DNA of 46,613 nucleotides from Trichomonas gallinae (Eukaryota): NCBI GenBank assembly GCA_008369845.1, contig MRSU01010545.1, positions 1 to 46,613 of the forward strand, read 5' to 3'. Shown piece by piece: positions 8,514 to 20,149 of this stretch (position 1 is its first letter; each line of letters starts with the position of its first letter). The notes under the pieces were generated by a model. It saw only the letters and a program-made list of their open reading frames with translations, ran no database searches and was not told where the DNA came from. The position numbers and the translations under genes were made by a program.

Positions 8514-11500
8514 ATGTTAGACCCTAAATCGTCAAAAAAATACGAAATGAGTGATATTATGGATTATATAATGAAACTATTAAATTCCGTCAATAAAAAC
8601 GAGTCAATAGATGTTATCGCAGAGATGGAACGCATTGATGCTAGTTTTGAGCAGATCAAAAAAGATGAAGAAACAAAAATCGAGTTTATTAAGATTTATT
8701 CTGCTATATTGGTTGGATTGTTCGCAAAACCAAAGTATTTACCTATCATATTTGGTCAGAATGAACAAGAATCAAAAGATATTATATCAATAACATTGAT
8801 ACAAGCCATAAAAATATGTCCGGACACACACATACAGATTATAATTGACTGTATTAATACTATTTCAATCATTATACAAAACGATCACACTAAATCGCTT
8901 AATTTTTCAACCATGGCAACCAATTTCACAAACAACATTACCAAAGAAGATATTACAAAAGTTGTCAACAATTGCATTAATAATTACGTGTTTTCAAAGA
9001 AAGTTTTAAATTTATTTTTGATTTTATTCAGGAAATCTTTGACAACTAAAAGACAGGTGATCTCTCTTCTGTTAGATAGTCTCTACGAAATTATTTCACA
9101 TGACATTAATGCATCATTTTTCAATGAAATTACTGAAATTTTGCGTTTTTCAAGCGAAACGATTGATGGAAAGATCAAAAACATGCTTGTTAAGTATAGT
9201 TTGATGAATATTACGGATGCTCACAATAATAATGAGTTTCTAGAAGAATCATCAAAACTATTCAAAGTCTTTACGGAAAGATTCTTCAATTTGCCACTTA
9301 TTCTAATTCACTAGACAGTTGTTGATAATGTTGCTTCTGCATTATCAATTTTGAGCTTTATTTCAGATTATTATTCATTACTCAACAATACTTTCACATT
9401 TTCGGACAAACCTATTGAAATCATATTAAATATGCCACTGAAGGAAGATTACATGTCAAATTATTGCCAAACTATTCATGGATTAATGAGCAACAAAATT
9501 ATTTCGATAACTGACGTTAAAAAGCTCTGGGACAATCATTACCCGACTAAAGATGACAAGTTCTATGTATTATTCAAGTTCTTGTCAATATCAATCAATG
9601 AAAACGATTCGTTAGCGTTTTTAGATATAATTAATTCAGATACAAACAAAGAAAGCGAGCAATGGAAAGATTTATTGCTTTCTTTATCACTTTCATATAT
9701 CAAAAGATCATTCAGTGATTCAATAATTCAAAAAACAATCGAAAATATTTTTACTTTTTCAGATTCTGAGTTTTATTCGCATAATGTCGTTAAAGTGTTA
9801 TTAGAGAATAAGAGAGATGACATTCTGCACTTCATTTTGAAGAATTACACAATAGCTGAAGATGATACTTGTTTAATCTTCAGCCACTTCGATTTCAGTG
9901 GAGTAGAACTGCTTCAAAAGTATATTGACAAGAAACAATGGATTGTTGTTCAGTATTTAATCAAAGAAAAGCAAAATGAAGAAATTGTTAAATCAATCAT
10001 GGAAAAAAATCCATCAATTGACGTAGTTTTTCAATTGGTTCACACTAAATCACTGAACAAAGAGCAGCTCTTCGAATGGATTCCAAAACAAGAAGAAACA
10101 CCAATAATTTCTGAAATCGTGAATATTTTCTGTCAAAACAACAAGAATGAGTCTTTCCCATTCGATGGCGAGGACCTTTTATGGAAGTTTGCCAAGAAAG
10201 GTTATTCACACGGTCATTCTTTGATCAAAATCTACAATGAAAGCAATGATGAGTCGATAATCAATATTTTCTTGAACAAATGGAAAGAAACATATGATTC
10301 GGCTGAAAATGAGAGCGAAAAACAAAATTTGATGCGTGTTTTACTGAAATTCGTTAAACTTTACGATTCTTATGTTATTGACGTGGAGAAACACTTGAAA
10401 GGGCAAGAAAGGAAAGTGAAAATCCCAATTTACGGCGATTTCATTCCAACTAATTTTAATTTAACAATTTCAGAGTCAAAGCGATTAATTGTCGTCTTAG
10501 ATATAATTGCTGATACATTTAACAAACCAAGGAATCAACTAAGTCTAGTTTCAGCTGAAACAAATGAACCAATGGATATGAAGCTGAAATTATCGTATTT
10601 GAACTGGCCAATCAAGGCCATAGAAACAGAAAAACCAAAAGAAATCAGTGTTTTAAGGCAAATTCCAATTTCAAAAATTATTATTCAATCAGAAATAAGA
10701 AAACTCGTTTTTGAGATGGCAGAGGCATGTTCCGCTTATGCACAAGACTTGTTATACGAATTGCCGACGCTGCCAGAAGTTATTTACAAAATTAGATCAT
10801 TATCACATATTGCTAACTTTAATATACATGATTTGCTGCCAATTAAGAATCCTTTCGTATATGTTTATGTTCTCGATAAACTTAGATCAATGAACAACGA
10901 AAAAATTGTTCCAATTAATTATTTGATTCAAACAATTGAAGAAAACATTGAAAATGCAGACTTTATCAAAGTTATTGTAGATTTTATTCCATATGCAATT
11001 GATAAAGACAAAATAAGCGAAAAAGCGCCGATTTTATTCTCGATTTTAGTGAAAATCTATAATAAGTACCAGATTTCACCTGCAAAAGCTTTAAATTTGC
11101 TTCCAAAGAAATTTTCTACGAATCATAACTTATCAGACGAAGAATTAGTTGAATTTATAAAGAAATCAATTACAAATGGTGAAAAAGATAATATCATTAG
11201 CGCAACTCCATTCTCTTCCATCAAGTCATTAATTTCTACAGATATTCTTGATGTTTTGCCAAGAATAGAAATCACGAATGAAATATTCGAAATTATCAAT
11301 AAATCTGCTGAAAAACTTGGCTTAGAACTCTATAAAATTGCAATGAGCCAGAACTTGAAGCCTCAAATCCAAATTAATGAAAATATTCTTAAAATGTACG
11401 AAAATCTTGTTAAACCAGAGAAAACAGAAGAGGAAAACGAAGAAATTGATGATAACAAGAATATTATTGATGAAATTGAAGCAAAATACTGCAATATCGC

Positions 11501-12890
11501 AAATTATTTATCAGAAAACAATAATGAAGTGAATAAGATCTCAGAATTTGTTTTCTCGGAGAAATTCTATGAAAATATTGATGAATTGATTGAACAAAAG
11601 CTTGTTAAAGAGAATGATTCGAAATTTGCCGAATTTATTTCAAATTTCGTCAAAACCTATCCATTGCATGCTAAAAGCATTGCATCTAGGTGTCTTTTGG
11701 TGGAGAAAACGCCATTAATTATAGATGGTTTAGTTTCCTGCGCGAAAAATGCTAAAAAACTCGATTATAAGTCAATAATGATCGAAAATGTTGACTACAA
11801 CAAAGTCTGCATGATACTAAACGAATCCAGAGCACGAGACTCAGAGTCTTACTTCGAGAAACACATCAAAGAAATCGACACAGAAATCAGAGAAAGAATT
11901 ATGACCGAAAACATGCTAAATTTCAACATCATCGAAAACTACTTCAACTGGATCTATTTTTCGACGGATGATTACAAGCAGACAACAATAGAGTACATAT
12001 GCAAGAACTACAGGGCATTTGTCATAGAATATCTCGATTCTAATATTGTCAAAAACTCGCTCGAAAAACTGATAAATTTGCTGGAATTGACAGAAACAAA
12101 AATGGAAATTGCTGATGAATTGGTTAAGCTCAAGGACGACAAACTTATCGAAAGAGGCTTCAAGGTCTGCACAGGAAAATGCAGTGACCCAAGCAAGCTT
12201 GTCATTTTAATGCAAAACGCTACAACGAACGAAAGTTTTGACTCTGTTGCTGATTTCTTTGAAAACTACACCGATGTAATTCCTTATATCTATAACAACT
12301 ACGACGTTGATGATGAATACAAATGTAAGAGATACGCGAAGATACTCATGTCGAAACTCGATGAAAACTCAGTTAATTATTTGATGTTTTATGCGACAAG
12401 ATATGTTTCGATTTTTGATATGGTTTACAAAATTGTTTATGAAGAATTTCCTGAATTTTTGTTTGCGCAAAATGCAATGCAGAGAATACTTAAATTCATT
12501 GACAATCCTGGCGAATATTACTCGTCTTTGGCTGAATTCATCAATAATCTGTCAATGCAATTAGATGTTAATTCATTGATGTCAGAAACATTGCAAAAAC
12601 TGAAAAATGACTTGGAATTCTTTGACAACGCATGCGAGAATCCTCTTCCACATTGTTTTAGTGATGAAGAAGTGAACACGCTAAGGTGCTTGTTGCTGCT
12701 TATCAAGAACATTCAAATGGACGTTGATCAATCAATAAGAGATTTATGCGATAACTTGAGAATGAAGATTGTGCATAAATGGGCAATAATTGAGACTCCA
12801 GCACTGATGGAGCTTTGTGTTGTCCTTCAAGATTGCATTACTTCATTCTCTTCAGAAAATTATATTCATCCTTTAGATGATTATTACTAA
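8514..12890 (+). CDS. USP9X/USP24/USP34-like helical scaffold with an internal ubiquitin-like segment, interrupted by one in-frame TAG (9312-9314); readthrough gene, spliced gene or young pseudogene
   Basis: ORFs 8514-9314 and 9351-12890 are in the same frame and joined by open codons (CAC TAG ACA GTT GTT GAT AAT...). Motifs ISITDVKKLWD, FDGEDLLWK and AQDLLYELPT resemble the USP9/24/34 N-terminal region. No GLxNxGxTCY Cys box seen. Confidence 0.6.
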
Positions 12891-14027
12891 ATTTGTTTTA
12901 AATATAAAAGTTTATTCCCAAAAATCGTATATTATATTGTTCCTTAATGAGATGCAAAAGATTTTTTTCAAAGTCTTTTTGTTTCCTCTTGAAGTGGTTA
13001 TCTGTGTTATATTGGCATAATTTTATGTTATATATTCATACTCTAAGTCTGTATTTTGGCTAAATTTTCTATATTATTTAAAAATTATTAAAATAGAATG
13101 ATCATTTGGAACAAGTAGAACTACAGTAATTTATGAGGTTTTAAATTGATTGATTCGATAATTGTATTATTTTTTGAAAAATATTGAAAATTTGGAGATA
13201 AATTTTTGATATTTCAAGTATTTATCAATGCATTCTATTATTGTATAATGAATATATATGATTATTATAATGGAATTCAATGTATTTCCATCAAATATAT
13301 GAGATCAAGATTAAATTTCATTATGTGAATGAATTTAGAAGATTTCTATTGGAAATTTGATTTAAATGGTTACAATGTGACCCATTGTTAACGATAAAGC
13401 AATAAAAATACAACAAAATTATTTTGAATTTGAGAAAAATGATCCCTCTGACGGCCAATTTGTGGTCTTAGTCTTAAGAGTGTATACATCAAATATTTTA
13501 AAGAATCAAGCCTGAATATTTAATATTCACAAAAAAAACTATGAACTTCACAAAAAATATGGATTGAATGGATATTGAATTGTAAAAATATGTTAATCAC
13601 ATCCATATCCACCTTGTCTATATTAATCATCAATAATAAAAAATTAAAACATTTTTGATCCCTCTGACAGCCTCTCAAAATTTACAATGTAGAATTTTGC
13701 GTTTTCGTTTACCAATGACATCTAGACAATGAATAGTCTTATTTTTAAGCGTTTGGTCGATTTTTTCAAAATTTTTATGATTTTTCCAAATTATACCTAA
13801 AATAATCCAATTTGGTTATAGGAAATAAATAACCAAAGTTTTTCTAGTAATGCATCGTATATTTTGAGATGGATACTTGAATTTTTCTTTTCAAACTGAT
13901 TTTTCTTTGATCTTTGATCCCGAAATTGAGGCACCCATTTATGTCTTTCCAGTATTATGTATCTATGCATGATATACAATCAAAACACAAAGTTTTCTCA
14001 TTGCAAATGAAAAAAATTTCAAAGTTT

Positions 14028-14037
14028 TCACTTCATT
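14028..14037 (+). promoter_or_regulatory. Tandem trichomonad initiator elements TCACT-TCATT
   Basis: TTTTCACTTCATTTTTAACTATG, ending 7 nt before the MetAP2 ATG. Confidence 0.75.
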
Positions 14038-14044
14038 TTTAACT

Positions 14045-15286
14045 ATGTCCAAGAAAGGCAACAAGCGTCAACATGAACAGATAGATGAAGATGATGAGAT
14101 AGCATTCCTCATGGCGGCAGCAGCAGCCAATAAGAAAAAAATTGCTGAAGAAAATAAAAAATCTCAGATTCCAGATGAAGTCTTTAAAGATCTCCCAGAA
14201 CCACCAATAAACAACCACAAGGATGGTTTCTTTGAAGAAAGATGCACTCTAAAGTATTCAGATGATCTCCTCAAAAATGTTATAATCGATCAATCAGCTG
14301 AAGATAGACTGAAAGAAATTAAAGCCGCCCTTCCTTATTTCAGAGAAGGTGGCATCGTCCATCAGTCTATCTGTGAATGGGCTGTCAACAGTGGAATCAT
14401 TCACCCTGGTGTCAATCTGAATGACATGTGTGCACGTATAGAAGAAGGCGTCAGAAGGATGGTGAATTATGAGCCACCGAATAGATGTCTTGCTTTTCCA
14501 TGCGGATGCTCAATCAACAACTGTGCAGCCCATTACTCACCTCTCCCTGGAGACAAGAGGACCCTACAAAAGGATGATGTAATGAAAATCGATTTTGGTG
14601 TCGCCATCAACGGATATATCATCGACAGTGCTTTCACAGTTTGTTTCGATCCAAGGTTTGATCCACTCATTGAAGCCTCGAAGAAAGCAACAGAAACAGC
14701 CATCAAAATGGCAGGACCTGATGTAAGGATCAGTGAAGTTGCTGCCGCCATAGAAGAAGTCATCACATCCTACACATTGGACCTCAACGGAAAATCATAT
14801 CCACTCAAGCCAATTTATAACCTTAGCGGACATCAATTAGGCCAGTACATTGTCCACTGTGGCAAAAGCATCCCACTCACCAAGAACACGAGGAACACAG
14901 ACAGAATGCTCCCTGGTGAGATCTACGCGTGTGAGACTTTCGCAACAACAGGAAAAGGCATCGTTTTCGATGATGGTTTAACAAGTCATTTCATGACATC
15001 AAAGAATCCACCAAAGCCGAAGAATGGAAGCGAGCAGAGATTGTTGCAAGCACTAACAGATAACTTCAAGACAATGGCTTTCTGCCAGAGATACTTAGAA
15101 CGTGCTGGAGAAAGGAATTATACGAAGACACTCAATGATATGGTTAAACATAAAATTGTTGATCCATATCCACCATTGTCTGATATTGAAGGTTCATATG
15201 TCTCTCAACATGAGCACACATTTGTTCTCCTTGAAGATCACAAAGAAGTCTTGAGCCTTCCTGCAGGTGCTTGGAGAATTGATTAA
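14045..15286 (+). CDS. MAP2: Methionine aminopeptidase type 2 (M24A)
   Basis: AFPCGCSINNCAAHYSP, KIDFGVAINGYIIDSAFT, NLSGHQLGQY, YACETFATTGKG, PYPPL and SQHEHT; metal ligands D, D, H, E, E are present; charged N-terminal extension. Confidence 0.95.
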   Translation: MSKKGNKRQHEQIDEDDEIAFLMAAAAANKKKIAEENKKSQIPDEVFKDLPEPPINNHKDGFFEERCTLKYSDDLLKNVIIDQSAEDRLKEIKAALPYFREGGIVHQSICEWAVNSGIIHPGVNLNDMCARIEEGVRRMVNYEPPNRCLAFPCGCSINNCAAHYSPLPGDKRTLQKDDVMKIDFGVAINGYIIDSAFTVCFDPRFDPLIEASKKATETAIKMAGPDVRISEVAAAIEEVITSYTLDLNGKSYPLKPIYNLSGHQLGQYIVHCGKSIPLTKNTRNTDRMLPGEIYACETFATTGKGIVFDDGLTSHFMTSKNPPKPKNGSEQRLLQALTDNFKTMAFCQRYLERAGERNYTKTLNDMVKHKIVDPYPPLSDIEGSYVSQHEHTFVLLEDHKEVLSLPAGAWRID

Positions 15287-15491
15287 GAATAATTAAAACA
15301 TTGTTTAAAAAGCAATTGTTAATTAAAATAAACCTAATTTCTTACATAATTTTTAATAACCTTTGCTCCGATAATTTTCCCGATTTTTCATAAAGAAAAT
15401 TTAATTAATTACAACATATGCCTTAATGGAGACGATATGTAATATATATGAATCTTATATATATTAATTCTATAATAAAAGCTCATTTTTG

Positions 15492-16862
15492 ATGAATGAA
15501 TTCAATGTTCGAGTGCAAATTGCATCGTCATTGTTTCTAAACTCGAATTTACACACTTTTTTCAATGATCATGACATAATAAGTCTCATAGTCGAATTTG
15601 CAGATACCAAATATCGATTTACAATTGATTTAGAAAATTTTACCGAAGTTTCTGTTGCTGAACATTCAAGTAACACACTATTTTTCATTGGTCCTATACA
15701 TTTCAAGATCAAATTCACCCAGAGCAACGATTTAAGTATGTTTTGGAATATTTTCAAAAAATCATTCAACTTAGAATCAATTCCTTGTGATCACCCAAAG
15801 TTTCGTATTCATGCAAATCGTCTAATGACAAAAGATGATTCACAAAACAAGAATCTTTTTAAACTCAGAATAAATTCCGTTATTCCAGACGATAGATCTT
15901 TTAAGAGTGAATATATCGTTCCAGACATAAACTCATCGTATTATGATCACACCATTAAAACAACAGTGAATCAAAAAAATTATCTCGAATACGTAGATAT
16001 GAACGAAATAGTACTTATTGCTGACCCAAATCCGAATTACTATGTGATGCATAAAGATATACTATCAGATGTTTTATATAATTTCACGAAAAAATCAGAT
16101 TTCATAGAAAATTACACTAAAATACGAAGCCAATGGGCGAATTTAACAGATGGTCAAATACATTTAGATCAAAAATTACAAGAAATTACAATCATTCTCG
16201 AAAATAAGCTACCAAAAATATATTCTAGCGAAATACTTCGATTTTTGCATTTTGATGTTATTATGTCTCTTTACAGGTTTACATATGATCTAAATCTAAA
16301 TGATTATGTGATGAATTTAGTTAGGTATGTTATACAAACTCTTTATGTCGGAGCGAAGAGCTATAATTGCATTTTACGACATGACAACACATCTGATACC
16401 TTTATGCAAGCAGCATCGAATGTTTTCTTTATGACAAAAAAAATATATAAAACATTTTATTATTCGCAGGAAACCATCTACCTGTTGAAAAGCGACATCA
16501 CTCACATATATGTGAATAAGTTTGACACCTTGTTGCCGATATTCAAAGAAAATCAAAAAATTCTCAACGAAAAGGACTTTGATTTCATCATAGATCTCAT
16601 CAAGAACTTCACTCTAGAATCTGTGACCAATTGGAACTTGTATTTGCAAAATCTTTTGCTTTTACGAAATGAATCAATGTTTTACTTATCACTTGTTACT
16701 ATACTGTATTACTACTATATATCTTTTTCAAATAAACATCCAGAACTAGATCCGGAGCTATGCCGTCATAAGATTGAAGAAATAATGAAGAAAAAGAATT
16801 TTGGATATTTTTTGCATGCATCATATGACCTTTACATAGTTTTATCTTCGTCTGCATTCTAA
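15492..16862 (+). CDS. Divergent TBC1D15/Gyp7-like Rab-GAP-related protein, probably non-catalytic
   Basis: ATG at 15492 just after Inr TCATT (15483-15487); the TTG start in the ORF track is one codon earlier. NYTKIRSQWANLTDGQI resembles the 'Y..LK.QW' motif preceding the TBC core. No IxxDxxR or YxQG motif found. Confidence 0.5.
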   Translation: MNEFNVRVQIASSLFLNSNLHTFFNDHDIISLIVEFADTKYRFTIDLENFTEVSVAEHSSNTLFFIGPIHFKIKFTQSNDLSMFWNIFKKSFNLESIPCDHPKFRIHANRLMTKDDSQNKNLFKLRINSVIPDDRSFKSEYIVPDINSSYYDHTIKTTVNQKNYLEYVDMNEIVLIADPNPNYYVMHKDILSDVLYNFTKKSDFIENYTKIRSQWANLTDGQIHLDQKLQEITIILENKLPKIYSSEILRFLHFDVIMSLYRFTYDLNLNDYVMNLVRYVIQTLYVGAKSYNCILRHDNTSDTFMQAASNVFFMTKKIYKTFYYSQETIYLLKSDITHIYVNKFDTLLPIFKENQKILNEKDFDFIIDLIKNFTLESVTNWNLYLQNLLLLRNESMFYLSLVTILYYYYISFSNKHPELDPELCRHKIEEIMKKKNFGYFLHASYDLYIVLSSSAF

Positions 16863-17383
16863 TCACTAATTGTTTTTAATGGAAATATTAGAATTAAGTT
16901 AAATTTATTAATGATCTTATTTAAATCATCAATCCATGAATTATGTTAGTTAAAAGTTTATTTTTGCGCTATTCACGTTTCTATTTTAATTATATTTTTT
17001 CAAAAGAATATAATATTGAGTTCTCAATAATTCTAATGAAAGTAAATCACTATCAGTGAATTTGGATTATTTTTTGTTAATTGCAGAGTCTTTTCTAATT
17101 AATATTATAATATTGATGAATAAACACTCAACTTTAAATATACCTATGGGAAATTGATTTAATCGAATTATTGAAAATGATGATAATATAGGTTAATGAA
17201 TAAAACAATTTTTCAAAATTTTTTGGATTTTTTTCAATGCGTTTAAAAATATTGCGTGAGAATGTTATATTTTAGCATGATTATGGTTGTGGCATAGTTA
17301 TAGAAATATGAAGCAGTAATATTAAATTTTCATAATCTTTAGAGTGAAAATCAATTTCAAAAACGCGAATCTTACTCAAAAAT

Positions 17384-17698
17384 TTAGTCCTTGCAGAAGT
17401 GGAGTTGTCTGCAGATTGTGGCCGGTGGCTCCTTGTCTTCAAGATACTTGATAATTGCTGGGACGCCAACTTCGACAAGTTGGTTGCAAATTGGTCTAAG
17501 GTCTTCTGTAACATACTTGCAGTAGTTCTCAAGCTTTTCGATGATTTCCTGCTCTGTCTTTCCATCCTCAAGGTAATCTTCAACCATAGAAACATAGAAC
17601 TTGCACATGATGCACTTCTGTGTGCTGTCGCCGAGCTGTGTCTTGCGTGGAGCCTTTGCCGAAAGGCAGGAGATAAGTCCAAGTAATGCGAAGAACAT
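17384..17698 (-). CDS. Secreted saposin-like protein (SAPLIP, single saposin B domain), amoebapore-like
   Basis: Signal peptide MFFALLGLISCLSA; six Cys in saposin spacing (CIMC...YC...IC...ICRQLHFC); C-rich third codon positions. Confidence 0.92.
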   Translation of the reverse strand: MFFALLGLISCLSAKAPRKTQLGDSTQKCIMCKFYVSMVEDYLEDGKTEQEIIEKLENYCKYVTEDLRPICNQLVEVGVPAIIKYLEDKEPPATICRQLHFCKD

Positions 17699-17702
17699 AA
17701 TA

Positions 17703-17711
17703 AAAAGTGAC
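17703..17711 (-). promoter_or_regulatory. Inr within a GTCACTTTT (AAAGTGAC-type) motif of the SAPLIP gene
   Basis: Sense-strand GTCACTTTTTATTATG directly precedes the ATG. Confidence 0.7.
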
Positions 17712-20149
17712 GTTGAAGCTTCAAATTCAACCGTTTTTTATCGTCATTAATTCACTTTTGTTCATCATTATTAATAACCTCTTTTACTGCTGCATTTGGC
17801 TTTTTGTGGGTTTTTGAAGTCAACCAGCAGAAAGAAATCATTTTTCGTTGGTCCTAATCAATCACCTTTTTGGAAAAATCGATATTATGGCACACTACCC
17901 GCATCAAATTGTCTGAAAAATGTTAGTTAATATAACCCTCTACAAATTATGAGCCAACCACACAGTTTTAGATGCTCGTCTCCATTTTATTTGATTTTTC
18001 TTCTCATTTTGTAAGTAAATTAAATATATACACCTATGTGACTATTTCTTTATATTGATAATTGAGCAAATTTGCTTTCTTTTATGAAAAAAATAATATT
18101 GCAACATTTTGATCTTGTAACTAATATATAATGTTATCAATTTTTTAATGTTTATAATACTTTATTAATTTGTGATAATAACGAATTTTAAAAATTGTTG
18201 GAAATAATTAAGGTCCAATCGAGTTGAAACTTATGAAATTAGTAACAGTGTCAGTAGTAATTATATGAGATCCTGGATACACAAGGTTAAGATCAAGAAT
18301 CGTAATTTTGAAATCTAATTCTTTACTTAAACAGTAAAGAAATGATGAAGAAAATAATGAATTATATATCAATAGCATATATCACTAATAATTGCATATA
18401 CGCCCATTGCCTAAAATTCTGACATTTTGAATAGTTTACAATTTATACCGAACTGTTTTAATAATCCATATAATGATTGTTTGAACATCATTAACTAAAT
18501 AATCTTTGAATTATTTTTAAAAATGACAATATTTTTCTATAATCATTCAATGTCGAAAAAATTTACATTATAATAATCACTGAAAATTCCATTTATAATT
18601 ATTACTTATATCAACATTGAATTGAATTCAATAGCGTTTTAAAAATTCTCATTAATATTCATTATGTGCATGAATTCTACCAAAATCTTTGCATAACCGG
18701 AAAGTTTGATTGGATTAAATCTTGATACACGTCCTGAGCTTACCAAATTATCTAAAGTTGGGTAGAAATTGAGTGATCAATCTTCTAGTTTTGTGAGAGA
18801 AAATTATACTCTCTCACAATTTTCAATGTCTTCCATAATTCATCGGTAAAAGAAAAATATGCAAAAAATTGATTTTAAACCTCAGTTGGTGGATCATCGG
18901 GCTGGATAAATTCCAAAACCACTGTTTCGATCCTTAAAAACCTGGACTTTCGTTCGATATTTTTATGATTTTGCAAATGTTCAATTTTTAAGGATTTTAT
19001 TAGGTCAAATCTATTTGTTATTCCATTTAATGATATTTCTTTCCCTTTTCTTTAACACTAATTCAATTTTCATTATGAAGAATGAAGAATTTCGAGAATT
19101 CAGAGTGATGAATATGCGTCTTTGTGTCTAGTGATTTTAAATCTATTTGAGTTTTAACTGGATCAATTGCATGTCTGCCCATAAATTATCGATATCATAA
19201 CAAAATGGAGTTTATTTACATGAAACAATGGGTTTATTCGATTGTCAATTAATTATACTGTCAAATATTGATTAATTTATCATTTATACAAATTTCGAAG
19301 CTTATTCACTGTTTTATATGAACTATATCAATTTCTATATATTGATCAATATATATCTACATGAAATGTATATTTTCTACCGTGAAACAGTCAAAAAACA
19401 AAGTAAGCAATGAAAATATTGTTGATCAAAACTCCAGCGGTGATTAATCAGTTTTGGCAGGCAAAATAAATCTAACAACCAAATGGGGAAAATGTTTATT
19501 CTCTCTCATAGCAAAATAAATCAATAAATATTCCAAAATCAATATAATTTCATGATAAGACTTGTTAACTCACAAAACATATGCTGATACAAATTCTAAT
19601 TCATTCTCAAATTCCAAAAATATGATATCATTTACAAAAATACCAATTTCGAAAATTGATAATAATCAAGCATTTTATTTCATTGTCTTGAAATATTCTA
19701 TCTGTATTGCAGTGAACGAGTCATTGTGTGTTTTGATTTGTTAATTATAGTTATATTTATTATTGAATCAAATTTAATCCTAATCTCAGATGTCATAATA
19801 TAATATTCTATATAGCTACTGCTACTTATTCATAATTGGGAAACTTTTGATTCATTATTTAGTTTTATAAAATTTTTGAAATATTAATAAGTCAAAAATT
19901 AATGTTTTGAAGCTTGTGACTAAGAAGATAATAATTTTTTTAAATTTTTAGCAATGATTATATAATAGCAATGTTCTAATTTAATAAAATCAAAATAAAA
20001 AATTTCGATATTTTGTCAAAAATGAATAATTCTTGTGTGTTTGGATTATAAATTAGTTGTCTAGGAGATTTTTGTGGTTTAAATTCAAAAATGTGTAAAA
20101 TTCAATTGTCACTTTTTTAATTATTCAAAAAAAAAACATCAAAAATTTT

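Noticed and set aside
9312..9314. Genome-wide TAG reassignment (alternative genetic code)
   Set aside because: Only one internal TAG among thousands of codons in intact genes; true reassignment would give many.
17281..17730. 149-aa minus-strand ORF and plus-strand ORF overlapping the SAPLIP
   Set aside because: Alternate-frame shadows with non-ATG starts; the 104-aa frame has the signal peptide, six Cys and the Inr.
18209..18379. 56-codon ATG ORF on the minus strand (MLLIYNSLFSS...)
   Set aside because: Too short, with no motif or codon-bias support.
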